64,000 nt of DNA from an uncultured Acidobacteriaceae bacterium (GCA_963715875.1 OY970281.1:1135946-1199945); one strand, 5' to 3'. Counted from the stretch's first letter, positions 18,108-26,922 are shown. Notes: a model not told the origin generated them from the sequence alone. Translations and numbers: made by a program.

Positions 18108-18581
18108 TCACTGCGTAGGAACCCAACTGATCACAACCCCCGCCCCTCGCAAATCCCCCTCAACAATTCCCCGGCTTCTTCGAATCGCAACCTTCTCCGC
18201 ATCCGTCGCCGCACCTTTCTCCTCCACCAGAATCGCCACCGCCCGCCCGTAAGGCCACGCCGACGCCGGCACCTGCGCCAGCGCAGTCAAAACTTGTTCC
18301 GGTTTCAGAATCTGTTCTTCATTGGCGGCGGCGCTGCTGAGCAATGCCACCGCATCCGGTCGAATCACCAGATAAGGATTGCTCCATTGCCTCGCGCCTT
18401 GCAGGGAAGGGAACTTCGCAGGATCGGCAACCGGCAGCGCCCGCAGCAGGCTAGCCGCATCGGGCGGCGGCGGCACGCTCTGTCGCGAACAGGCCGCCAG
18501 AGAGAAACTCACCATCAACAAAAATCCAAGTCCGGATGCAGCGCACCCTCGTGCACCGCCCCGAGCCGCGCACCAACTCAC
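18108..18581 (-). CDS. Lipoprotein of unknown function
   Basis: A lipobox is present (FSLAAC). The proposed GTG start at 18581 overlaps the stop of the upstream gene (GTGA). Confidence 0.5.
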   Translation of the reverse strand: MSWCAARGGARGCAASGLGFLLMVSFSLAACSRQSVPPPPDAASLLRALPVADPAKFPSLQGARQWSNPYLVIRPDAVALLSSAAANEEQILKPEQVLTALAQVPASAWPYGRAVAILVEEKGAATDAEKVAIRRSRGIVEGDLRGAGVVISWVPTQ

Positions 18582-18787
18582 CGCGCCACCATCGGAATGT
18601 CCGTCTTCACCGCCCAAACCAGCGCCACCACCCACCCAATCATCGTCCAGCCCAGCAGGAAGTTCAGCAGAATGATCCCCACAATGTCCCGCTTGCTGCG
18701 CGCCAGCGCAATAATCGACGGCAAAAAATACATCACGAACCCAACCCCAAAAAACGGAAGAAAAAATCCAGGCAGGAAATGCAGCAT
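18578..18787 (-). CDS. Superinfection-immunity-family small membrane protein
   Basis: MYFLPSIIALARSKRDIVGIILLNFLLGWTMIGWVVALVWAV matches the Imm_superinfect signature (YFLPxIIA...GWTxIGW). A GGAGG RBS precedes ATG 18787. Confidence 0.7.
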   Translation of the reverse strand: MLHFLPGFFLPFFGVGFVMYFLPSIIALARSKRDIVGIILLNFLLGWTMIGWVVALVWAVKTDIPMVAR

Positions 18788-18903
18788 AGCAACCTCCACA
18801 AAATAGCCTAGCACTTTTTGCAGCACCCAGTTAGCTCTGGGCGCTGAGCACTAGGTACTAGGTACTAAGTACTCGGGACTCGGGACTCGAATTAGCCCCT
18901 GCC

Positions 18904-19806
18904 CTACCGCATCGCCCGCTTCCGCACCAGCACCGTCTCCAACCCCGCCCGCGTCTCCTTCGGCAGATGGTACGACTCTTCATCCGACGGATACTGCATC
19001 GACTTCACATCCGCCGCAAACGCCCTCACGCTCTTCGAGATCAACTCAGCCGCATCGCCATAACGCCGCACAAACTTCGCCGGCGGCGCAAACGTCAGGT
19101 TCACCACGTCGTGGAACACCAGCACCTGCCCATCGCATTCCGGACCCGCTCCAATCCCGATCGTCGGCGCACTTACTTCCGCCGTAATCATCGCCGCCAC
19201 TTCCCGCGGAATCCCCTCCAGCACAATGCACGCCGCCCCCGCCCGGTCCAGCGCCACCGCATCGCGCATCAGTTGCTCGATCGCTCCCAGATTTTTCCCC
19301 TGCACCTTGTAGCCGCCCATCACATTCACCGACTGCGGCGTCAGCCCGATATGCCCGCACACTGGAATCTCTGCGTCGATGATTCGCCGAATCAGATCCG
19401 AGCGTTTCTCCCCGCCTTCAATCTTCACCACCTCCGCCCCGCCTTCTTTCACAAAGCGCGTCGCGTTTCGCAGCGCCTCATCGGCGTCCACGTGATAGGA
19501 CCCATACGGCATGTCCGCCAGCAGCAGCGCCCGCTTCACACCCCTCCGCACCGCCTTCACATGGTGCAGCATCTCGTCCATCGTGACCGAGAGCGTGTTC
19601 TCATAACCAAGCATGGCCTGCGCCAGCGAATCCCCCACCAGAATCATTTCGATTCCAGCTTCGTCCACAAGCCGCGCCGTAGCGTAGTCGTAGGCCGTCA
19701 GGCAAGTAATGGGTTCGTGTCGGAGTTTCCGTTCCCGCAGGGAACCGGTCGTAATCTTGGGCTGCGATCCGTCCAGCGGCCGCCCGCCCATCGGCGTGAG
19801 ACTCAT
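18904..19806 (-). CDS. panB: 3-methyl-2-oxobutanoate hydroxymethyltransferase
   Basis: ITCLTAYDYATARLVDEAGIEMILVGDSLAQAMLGYENTL is the canonical PanB sequence. Confidence 0.95.
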   Translation of the reverse strand: MSLTPMGGRPLDGSQPKITTGSLRERKLRHEPITCLTAYDYATARLVDEAGIEMILVGDSLAQAMLGYENTLSVTMDEMLHHVKAVRRGVKRALLLADMPYGSYHVDADEALRNATRFVKEGGAEVVKIEGGEKRSDLIRRIIDAEIPVCGHIGLTPQSVNVMGGYKVQGKNLGAIEQLMRDAVALDRAGAACIVLEGIPREVAAMITAEVSAPTIGIGAGPECDGQVLVFHDVVNLTFAPPAKFVRRYGDAAELISKSVRAFAADVKSMQYPSDEESYHLPKETRAGLETVLVRKRAMR

Positions 19807-19895
19807 CTTTTCCTCCAGTGCCCCTCCGGCTCGGCCGGATAGAGCCTGTACGCATCTTGGTGGATGCTAGGACGTATTGTAGCCCGAAATCCGCC

Positions 19896-20306
19896 GTTGG
19901 TCGATGGTCGTTTGTCGTTGGCCTGCCGTCACCAGCAGGCTGCGAAAAAACGTCGGTTCGAAGCCTAAACTTCTTGGCCATCCCCCACTAGTAAGTTCTG
20001 TCATCCTGGCGCAGTCGAAGGATCCCTACCCACGCCCAGTGCGGGCGCTATGGGGAAGCTGAACGAGTTCCGCAATGCCTGGCTGGTAACGGCTGACCCA
20101 GAGTTTTCCAAGGTTGGCCAGACGCTTTCCATCGATTCGCTGCCGCGGCATGAAAACTAAGAAACTCGGGCTCCATTCCGGCACCGTCGTCGAGTGGAGC
20201 AGAGGGAAGGGAAGAATTGTGCTAACTCCTTTACCACGTTCCAAATCCAGAAAGGTCAGCCGCCCTTCCAAGACTTAGGCCAACGACCAACGACTATCGA
20301 CCAACC
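19896..20306. mobile_element. MITE-like element bounded by 28-nt low-complexity terminal inverted repeats
   Basis: GTTGGTCGATGGTCGTTTGTCGTTGGCC (19896-19923) matches the reverse complement of 20279-20306 at 26 of 28 positions. The interior carries a truncated family A repeat. Confidence 0.45.
19996..20072 (+). repeat. Family A repeat, copy 3 (no central hairpin; 3' extension shared with copy 5)
   Basis: TTCTGTCATCCTGGCGCAGTCGAAGGATCCCTACCCACGCCCAGTGCGGGCGCT...GAACGAGTTCCG. Confidence 0.7.
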
Positions 20307-20313
20307 ACGCTTT

Positions 20314-20979
20314 TCAGGCCCCCACCGCCTCCTGCCCACCCAGCGGCAAGAAATACTGCGTCCCCTTGATCGGCTCCGTCACTTTGCGCAGCAACTCCTG
20401 CAAGTCCTCGTTGCGATCCACGAAATCAATGTCCGAAGTATTCACGATCAACAAATCCGACGACGTGTAATGAAAAAAGAAGTGTTCATACGCCTTCACC
20501 ACTTCTTCCAGATACTCGTCGCTGACGGCGCGTTCGTTGGCGGCATTCTTTTTCCGTAACCGCTTCTTCAGCACCTCGGGTGTCGCTTGCAAATAGATAA
20601 CGAGATCCGGCGTGGGCAGCTTTTCGCGGAAGAGGGTGTAGTAGCGGTTGTAGGTGTCGAGTTCCTGGTCGGTCAGGTTGAGGCACGCGAAGAGTTTGTC
20701 TTTTTCGATGATGTAATCCGCCACCACCGTCTTCTGCGACCTCGGACCCAGATCGAGCGCCTGCAACTGCTCGAAGCGCTGCACCAGAAAGGTAAACTGC
20801 GCCTGAAACGCCGCTCCCCGCTTGCCTTCGTAAAAATCTCCGAGGAAGGGATTGATCTCCGGCTCGATCACGCGCTGCGCATTCAGGCGCTCCGCCAGGA
20901 TGCGCGCCAGCGTGCTTTTGCCGACTCGAATCGGTCCTTCCACCGCAATGTATCGGGGCAGCTCGAAAAGGTTAGCCAT
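20314..20979 (-). CDS. Deoxynucleoside kinase family protein
   Basis: The P-loop is IAVEGPIRVGKSTLA, followed by dNK-like FQAQFTFLVQRFEQ. The start is MANLFELPRY. Confidence 0.85.
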   Translation of the reverse strand: MANLFELPRYIAVEGPIRVGKSTLARILAERLNAQRVIEPEINPFLGDFYEGKRGAAFQAQFTFLVQRFEQLQALDLGPRSQKTVVADYIIEKDKLFACLNLTDQELDTYNRYYTLFREKLPTPDLVIYLQATPEVLKKRLRKKNAANERAVSDEYLEEVVKAYEHFFFHYTSSDLLIVNTSDIDFVDRNEDLQELLRKVTEPIKGTQYFLPLGGQEAVGA

Positions 20980-21065
20980 GAACTTGCAACAATCCGGAAA
21001 TGGCAGGATAGCTCGGATCACGACGACTGGCAATTGAGGGATGAGTTAACAGGGCGAAGGCACAG

Positions 21066-21147
21066 GTCAGAAGTCAAAATGCAGAAGTAATCACCCCAGA
21101 TTGAGGTGGGCTAGGTTTTACTTCTGCATTTTGAATTCTGACTTCTG
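21066..21147. repeat. Family E long hairpin in the dNK / deacetylase divergent promoter region
   Basis: The left arm is GTCAGAAGTCAAAATGCAGAAGTAA and the right arm is TTACTTCTGCATTTTGAATTCTGACTTCTG. There is a 15-bp perfect stem plus further pairing, and a ~27-nt loop. Confidence 0.75.
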
Positions 21148-21168
21148 CCTTGCATTTACAATCCCCAC

Positions 21169-21909
21169 ATGCTCGCCTACCTCATCTCCGGCGCCGCTGC
21201 CGCATCCGCCGTCGCCGCCGGATACCAGTCCATGGCCCCCACCGGACAATGGTATGGCCGCACGTTCACTGGCCTTCCCCCCACTTCGCGCCAACTCGCC
21301 CTAACCTACGACGACGGCCCCAACGATCCGCACACGCTTCGTCTCCTCGACGTCCTCGCCCGTCACAGCGTCCACGCAACTTTTTTTCTAATCGGACGCT
21401 ACGTCGAGCAGCATCCTGGAATCGTCCGCGAGATTGCCCACGCCGGCCACACGATCGGGAACCACACCTTCACGCATCCTCTGCTCACGTTCAAAAGCGA
21501 AACAGAGATTCGTCGGGAACTCTCGCAATGCCGTGCCGCGTTGCAGGATGCGGTTGGCGAGCACTCAAATCTTTTTCGCCCGCCCTTCGGTGGACGCCGC
21601 CCGGCGGTTCTGCGCGTAGCCCGCGAACTAGGCCTCGAACCGATCATGTGGAACGTAACCGGCTACGACTGGAACGCCCCGCCAGCAGAGGCAATCGAAC
21701 GCAAAGTCGCAAAGCAAATTCGTGGCGGCGACGTAATCCTCCTCCACGATGGCGGTCACAAACAGTTTGGTGCCGACCGCTCCCAAACCGTCCTGGCCAC
21801 TCATAACCTCCTCAAGCGCTACAAAGCCGAAGGCTATGAATTTGTCCCAATCCCCCAAATGCGGACGAAGTTATCCACCAGCGACCACTCATCGCAGTCA
21901 AATAGCTAG
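21169..21909 (+). CDS. Polysaccharide deacetylase (NodB homology domain)
   Basis: The NodB motifs LTYDDGP and GNHTFTHP are present, along with RPPFG. Confidence 0.85.
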   Translation: MLAYLISGAAAASAVAAGYQSMAPTGQWYGRTFTGLPPTSRQLALTYDDGPNDPHTLRLLDVLARHSVHATFFLIGRYVEQHPGIVREIAHAGHTIGNHTFTHPLLTFKSETEIRRELSQCRAALQDAVGEHSNLFRPPFGGRRPAVLRVARELGLEPIMWNVTGYDWNAPPAEAIERKVAKQIRGGDVILLHDGGHKQFGADRSQTVLATHNLLKRYKAEGYEFVPIPQMRTKLSTSDHSSQSNS

Positions 21910-21994
21910 GATTGCCCACCAGAACTAAAGAGGATTTGTCTTCTCGGCGCTCTCCGCGGCATTTCTCCGCGACCTCCGCGGTCTAAAGCTTTCC

Positions 21995-23305
21995 CTAAGA
22001 AAGCGCCCCAAACGCCCCCTTCGCCGCCGCCACCGTCCGCGATACATCTTCCTCCGTATGCGTCGCCCCCAAGAACGCCGCCTCATACTGCGATGGCGGC
22101 AAATACACTCCGCTGTCGAGCATCGCCCGAAAGAATTTTCCAAACGCCTTCGTATCCGACTTCGATGCCGAATCCCAATCCGTCACCGGCCCTTCAGTGA
22201 AGAACCACGTAAACATCGATCCCACGCGGTTGTAGCAAAGCGGCACGCTTGCTTCTTTCGCCGCCGCCCCCACTCCCTCCACCAACTTCCCGCTCAGCGT
22301 ATCGATCCGCGAATAGATTTCTTTTTTCCCATCGCGCAAATGTTTCAACATCGCGCATCCCGCCGCCATCGCCAGCGGATTCCCTGACAAAGTCCCCGCC
22401 TGGTACATCGGCCCCAGCGGCGCCACCAGATTCATCATCTCGCTCGACCCGCCATACGCCCCCACCGGCAATCCTCCGCCAATAATCTTCCCCATCGTCG
22501 TCACGTCTGGACGGATGTTGTAAAGTTCCTGCGCTCCCCCGTAAGCCACGCGAAATCCCGTCATCACCTCATCGAAAATCAGTACCGATTTTTCCCGCTC
22601 CGTTATCATCCGCAACGCCACCAGATAATCGTCCGCCGCCGGAACGCATCCCATATTTCCCACGATCGGTTCCACGATCACGCACGCAATCTGATGCTTG
22701 AACTTCTGGAACGCATATTCCACCGCCTTCACGTTATTGAACGGCAGCGCCAGCGTGAATTGCGTGAACTCCTCCGGAACCCCCGCCGATCCCGGAATCC
22801 CCAGCGTCGCCACTCCCGACCCCGCCTTCACCAGCAGGGAATCGGAGTGCCCGTGATAACACCCCTCAAACTTCACAATATATTTTCGTTTCGTATATGC
22901 GCGCGCCAGCCGGATCGCCGACATCGTCGCTTCCGTCCCCGAACTCACGAACCGCACTTTCTCCATCGATGGAAACGCCGCCAGCACCAGCTCCGCCAGA
23001 TCCGCCTCCGACGGCGTCGACGCTCCAAAGCTCGTTCCATTGCACGCCGCGCTGACGATCGCATCCAGCACGTCCGGCGCAGCATGGCCCAGAATCAGCG
23101 GCCCCCACGATCCCACGTAATCGATGTATTCGTTTTCGTCGGCATCCCACGTGTGCGACCCTTTCCCCCGCACGATAAACGGAGGATCGCCTCCCACCGA
23201 GCCAAACGCCCGCACTGGCGAATTCACTCCGCCGGGAATCATGCTTTCGGCGCGTTGCTGCAGACGCCGCGACTGCTCCACTTTTCGAGACGTGATAGAC
23301 GGCAT
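21995..23305 (-). CDS. hemL: Glutamate-1-semialdehyde 2,1-aminomutase
   Basis: [19 protein letters not shown]...[16 protein letters not shown] is diagnostic. The start is ATG 23305, with an alternative GTG at 23323. Confidence 0.95.
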   Translation of the reverse strand: MPSITSRKVEQSRRLQQRAESMIPGGVNSPVRAFGSVGGDPPFIVRGKGSHTWDADENEYIDYVGSWGPLILGHAAPDVLDAIVSAACNGTSFGASTPSEADLAELVLAAFPSMEKVRFVSSGTEATMSAIRLARAYTKRKYIVKFEGCYHGHSDSLLVKAGSGVATLGIPGSAGVPEEFTQFTLALPFNNVKAVEYAFQKFKHQIACVIVEPIVGNMGCVPAADDYLVALRMITEREKSVLIFDEVMTGFRVAYGGAQELYNIRPDVTTMGKIIGGGLPVGAYGGSSEMMNLVAPLGPMYQAGTLSGNPLAMAAGCAMLKHLRDGKKEIYSRIDTLSGKLVEGVGAAAKEASVPLCYNRVGSMFTWFFTEGPVTDWDSASKSDTKAFGKFFRAMLDSGVYLPPSQYEAAFLGATHTEEDVSRTVAAAKGAFGALS

Positions 23306-23472
23306 AACGCTCCAGATCGCCACAATTCAACCACTGATTTCGCGCAAGCGAATACTATAGCAGCGCACCGCCCCACAAATTAACCAGATATTCACCTTTT
23401 CGCCATCTTCGTGCAACATCGCCCCAGTAGCCTCATCTCATCACGTTGCCCTTCTAACCGGGAGGGTTTCGA

Positions 23473-23506
23473 GGACAGCTTCGGGGGCTCCGAGCTGTCC
23501 TTTTTA
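23473..23506 (+). terminator. Orphan terminator-like hairpin (+ orientation) upstream of the porin promoter
   Basis: The stem GGACAGCT (23473-80) / AGCTGTCC (23493-500) is followed by TTTTT. No + strand CDS ends upstream of it. Confidence 0.35.
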
Positions 23507-23581
23507 CTTTCCCCCATTTGTATGTTCCCGCAGAGCTGTTTCGGCCTGTTACGCGCCTTCCCCAACACTCTGGGTCCTCGA

Positions 23582-23599
23582 AGTTAACTATAGTTAACT
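23582..23599. promoter_or_regulatory. Perfect 18-bp palindrome, predicted MntR (DtxR-family) operator
   Basis: AGTTAACTATAGTTAACT is its own reverse complement. It sits 8 nt upstream of a TATAGT -10 candidate (23608-13) and 42 nt upstream of the porin ATG. Confidence 0.5.
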
Positions 23600-23640
23600 C
23601 GCTGTGATATAGTTCCGTAACCACCGCTGCCATCGTAATC

Positions 23641-25122
23641 ATGAAATTGGAATTTGTTTTCAAAATCGCTCTGGGAACTCACGCGCCCTATCGTTCTGTT
23701 CCTCCCTGCCTGGTGCTGCTGCTGATTGCCTTCGCATGCTTTGCCCCTGCCCGCGCCCAGCAGCCCGACGTCCCTTCCGCGCCACAGGCCGCCTCCGCGC
23801 AATCGCCGGACGCCGCCACTGCCGCCGCCGCGCCCGCAGACGATGATCCCGAACCGATGCTTCCCCATTTCAAAGACTCGCGCTTCTGGCTCTCCGGTCA
23901 GGCCAACTTCATCTTTCAGACTCATCCTCCGTTCCACGCGCCTTATAGCGGCACGAACAGTCTCAGCCCCAACTACGAGAAGGCCACGTCCCGCGTCATG
24001 ACGCTTTACACCGGCGTCCGCCTCAACAATTCCACCGAAATCCTCATCGACATCGAAGAGGCCGGAGGAGCCGCGCTCAGCACCGGTCTCGGCCTGGCCG
24101 GCAACACCGATCTCGACATCGTGCGCAATCCCAGCCTGAGCAAAGCTCCGTATCTCGGCCGTGGCATGATTCACAAGGTTTTTGCCTTGAGCAAAGACAA
24201 AGTCGAAAACCAGCGCAGCTTCCTTTCTCTCTTCGACCAACTCCCGCGCCGCCGCCTCGAACTCCGCTTCGGCAAATTCAGCATGCCCGATTTTTTCGAC
24301 ATCAATTCCGTCGGCTCCGACACTCATCTTCAATTCATCAACTGGACCACCGACAACAACGGTGCCTACGACTATGCCGCCGACACCCGCGGTTACACCG
24401 TCGGCCTGACCGCCGATTTCGAAGACCGCAACTGGGGATTCCGTTTCGCCGAGGTCTTGATGCCGAAAGTGGCGAACGGAATTGATCTGGTGTGGAAGCC
24501 CTGGCAAGCCCACGCGGAAAACTTCGAGTACGAATTGCGCCACGGCTTGATCCCAAAAAAAACCGGCACAGTCCGGCTCCTGGCCTATACCAACTACGCC
24601 AACATGGGCATCTACCGCGAAGCCGTCGCCAATTTCGCAGCCGGCCTCACGCCCGTCCCCGAGATCGCCGACCATCCCTGGCACATCACCCGCAAGTATG
24701 GATTCGGTATCAACCTCGAGCAGAACCTCACCCACTACCTCACCGCATTCGCTCGCTTTGGCTGGGACAACGGCAAGACCGAATCTTTCGCCTACACCGA
24801 AGTCGATCAAACTTTCGCCGAAGGCGTCGGCGCTAACGGCGCATGGTGGCATCGCAAACATGATCGCGCCGGCATCGCCTTCGTCAGCAACGCCATCTGC
24901 AAAGACCACCAAACCTATCTTGCCGATGGCGGACTCGGCTTCCTCCTCGGCGACGGAAAACTAAACTACGGCCGCGAAAATATCCTCGAGTCCTATTACA
25001 CCGTCCACCTCTGGCGCGGCATCTACCTCGCGCCCGGCGTCCAACACATCGAAAATCCCGGCTACAACCGCGACCGCGGCCCAGTCGTAGTCCCCAGCTT
25101 CCGCGCCCACGTAGAGTTCTGA
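23641..25122 (+). CDS. OprB-family (carbohydrate-selective-type) outer-membrane porin
   Basis: A signal peptide ends in APARAQ. Segments typical of OprB-like porins are present: FWLSGQANFIFQ...APYSGTNSL, RFGKFSMPDFFD, the aromatic-rich NWTTDNNGAYDYAADTRGYT, and a terminal F. Confidence 0.8.
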   Translation: MKLEFVFKIALGTHAPYRSVPPCLVLLLIAFACFAPARAQQPDVPSAPQAASAQSPDAATAAAAPADDDPEPMLPHFKDSRFWLSGQANFIFQTHPPFHAPYSGTNSLSPNYEKATSRVMTLYTGVRLNNSTEILIDIEEAGGAALSTGLGLAGNTDLDIVRNPSLSKAPYLGRGMIHKVFALSKDKVENQRSFLSLFDQLPRRRLELRFGKFSMPDFFDINSVGSDTHLQFINWTTDNNGAYDYAADTRGYTVGLTADFEDRNWGFRFAEVLMPKVANGIDLVWKPWQAHAENFEYELRHGLIPKKTGTVRLLAYTNYANMGIYREAVANFAAGLTPVPEIADHPWHITRKYGFGINLEQNLTHYLTAFARFGWDNGKTESFAYTEVDQTFAEGVGANGAWWHRKHDRAGIAFVSNAICKDHQTYLADGGLGFLLGDGKLNYGRENILESYYTVHLWRGIYLAPGVQHIENPGYNRDRGPVVVPSFRAHVEF

Positions 25123-25150
25123 AGATATCCCGCAGAGCGATGCTCATGTG

Positions 25151-25174
25151 GAGACAGCCGCCCTCGGCTGTCCC
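25151..25174. repeat. Family C hairpin, copy 2
   Basis: GAGACAGCCGCCCTCGGCTGTCCC. Confidence 0.7.
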
Positions 25175-25222
25175 GCCACTGCCGCCGGAGTTTCCGCCTC
25201 TTTGCGTTAGGAAAAAGGACCG

Positions 25223-25288
25223 CTTGTCGTGCTGAGCGAAGTCGGGACGACCGAAGGGAGTCCCGGCGCAGTCGAAGCATCCCTACCC
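25223..25288 (+). repeat. Family A repeat, copy 4
   Basis: GTCGTGCTGAGCGAAGTCGGGACGACCGAAGGGAGTCCCGGCGCAGTCGAAGCATCCCTACCC. The central hairpin is of the CGGGAC/GTCCCG type. Confidence 0.75.
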
Positions 25289-25312
25289 CCTGAACAACTC
25301 CCTAAGCGAGGC

Positions 25313-25576
25313 TCAAAGGAACCGAAACCAGGGTGGCCGCATCGAACTCGCTGAGTCGCGCCAACTCTGGCGTTCCTTCTGAATGTGTCGAGAAGAATAG
25401 GGCTTGCGAGCGATTCCCCGCACGGCTGCCCGGTAGGAGTCTGGTTTCCGCAGCACCACCGCGCTCTTGCCGCGCACCACTACCAAGACTTTATCGCCGG
25501 CTTTTAGACCGAGCGCCTGCCGCGCCTCCCGGGGAATTACGATTTGGTTCCTGGAAGCAATGGTGGCCTGTTCCAT
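25313..25576 (-). CDS. AbrB/MazE/SpoVT-type antitoxin-like DNA-binding protein (no partner toxin)
   Basis: IASRNQIVIPREARQALGLKAGDKVLVVV is a swapped-hairpin AbrB motif. Confidence 0.65.
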   Translation of the reverse strand: MEQATIASRNQIVIPREARQALGLKAGDKVLVVVRGKSAVVLRKPDSYRAAVRGIARKPYSSRHIQKERQSWRDSASSMRPPWFRFL

Positions 25577-25617
25577 GCTTTACATTCTGACATAAGGCAA
25601 AGTGCTCGCGACTTTCA

Positions 25618-25902
25618 TCATTTCTCCACCTTCACACCCTTCCAGAACGCCACATACCCCTGAATCTGTTTCGCCGCATCCTTCGGCTCCGGATAAAACC
25701 ACGCCGCCCCCGCATTCCGTTTCCCATGGACCTCCACATCGTAATAACTCGCCGTACCCTTCCACGAACACACCGTATGCGCCTCGCTCGCCTTGAAATA
25801 TTCCTTGTGAATCGCCTCCGGAGGAAAATACTGATTCCCCTCCACCTCCACCGTCGCATCACTTTCAGCCAGCACCGCGCCTTCCCACATTGCTTTTGCC
25901 AT
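25618..25902 (-). CDS. DUF427 domain protein
   Basis: CSWKGTASYYDV...AAWFYPEPKDAAKQIQGYVAFW is typical of DUF427. The start is MAKAMWEG. Confidence 0.8.
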   Translation of the reverse strand: MAKAMWEGAVLAESDATVEVEGNQYFPPEAIHKEYFKASEAHTVCSWKGTASYYDVEVHGKRNAGAAWFYPEPKDAAKQIQGYVAFWKGVKVEK

Positions 25903-25965
25903 AATGCCCATATAGATTCGTAACATCTTCCGTGGGTTCAGAAGGGTGGCCAGAAGGTTAGAAAG

Positions 25966-26862
25966 ATGCCAGAGACGTCAACTCAAACCCATTTCAACGG
26001 ACACTCCATGGTGGGCGCCCTTCAGCGCGTGATGGTGTATTCGCCGCGCAGTGCCGGATGGAATCGTCCCGAATCCTCAGCCCGCTGGCGTGAACTCGGT
26101 TTCCGCCACGCTCCCGCTTTCGAGCAAGCGCAAGCGCAGCACGATGTCCTCTGCCGTCAACTCGCGACCGCCGGTGCGGAAGTCATCGAGCTCAGCCCCT
26201 CGAATGAACTCTCCCTCGACGCCGTTTACGCTCACGATGCCTCTCTCCCCACCGACCACGGCCTGATCGTGATGCGCCCCGGCAAATCCAATCGCGTCCC
26301 CGAAGGCCCGCGCCACGCGGCGTTCTGCGAGACCATCGACATTCCAACTCTCGGCTTCATCAACCCTCCCGGCACCACCGAAGCCGGAGACATTCTCTGG
26401 CTCGATTCCAAAACTCTCCTCATCGGCCACGGATACCGCACCAACGCCGCCGGCATCGAACAAATTCGCAATCTTCTCGCGCCCCATGGCGTCCAGGTCC
26501 TCTCCGCCCCACTGCCCCACGGCGCCGGCCCCTCCGAGTGCCTCCATCTCATGTCGCTGATCAGCCTCCTCGACGAACATACCGCGCTAGTCGATCTCCC
26601 CTGGCTCGCTGTCGAAACCGTCGAACTCCTCCAATCCCGCGGATTCCAATTCATCGAAATCGATCCCTCGGAACGCGACACGCTAGCCTGCAACGTCCTC
26701 GCCCTAGGCCACAACCGCCTACTCGCGCTCGAAGAAAATCCGCGGACGAACGCCCGTCTCCGCGAAGCCGGATTCGACCTCCGCACCTTCCCCGGCACCG
26801 AACTCTGCATAAACGGCAGCGGCGGCCCGACGTGTCTAACGCGACCCCTTTTGCGGGGATAA
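25966..26862 (+). CDS. Dimethylarginine dimethylaminohydrolase / amidinotransferase-family enzyme
   Basis: TTEAGDILWLD...LIGHGYRTN and the C-terminal NGSGGPTCLTRPL (catalytic Cys context) fit the family. Confidence 0.75.
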   Translation: MPETSTQTHFNGHSMVGALQRVMVYSPRSAGWNRPESSARWRELGFRHAPAFEQAQAQHDVLCRQLATAGAEVIELSPSNELSLDAVYAHDASLPTDHGLIVMRPGKSNRVPEGPRHAAFCETIDIPTLGFINPPGTTEAGDILWLDSKTLLIGHGYRTNAAGIEQIRNLLAPHGVQVLSAPLPHGAGPSECLHLMSLISLLDEHTALVDLPWLAVETVELLQSRGFQFIEIDPSERDTLACNVLALGHNRLLALEENPRTNARLREAGFDLRTFPGTELCINGSGGPTCLTRPLLRG

Positions 26863-26922
26863 TCAAGGATCGGATGCGGAGCGAGAACCATGCGCTGAAC
26901 AGGGCCATGCGTTAGCCGGAAG

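Noticed and set aside
20026-20271. 81-aa ORF inside the MITE-like element
   Set aside because: Its C-terminal third is encoded by repeat sequence shared with 26981-27032. It has no RBS and no motif.
23584-24912. 442-aa minus-strand ORF antisense to the porin gene
   Set aside because: It is a Gly/Val/Ala/Asp-rich shadow frame with no motifs. The + strand product is a clear OprB-like porin.
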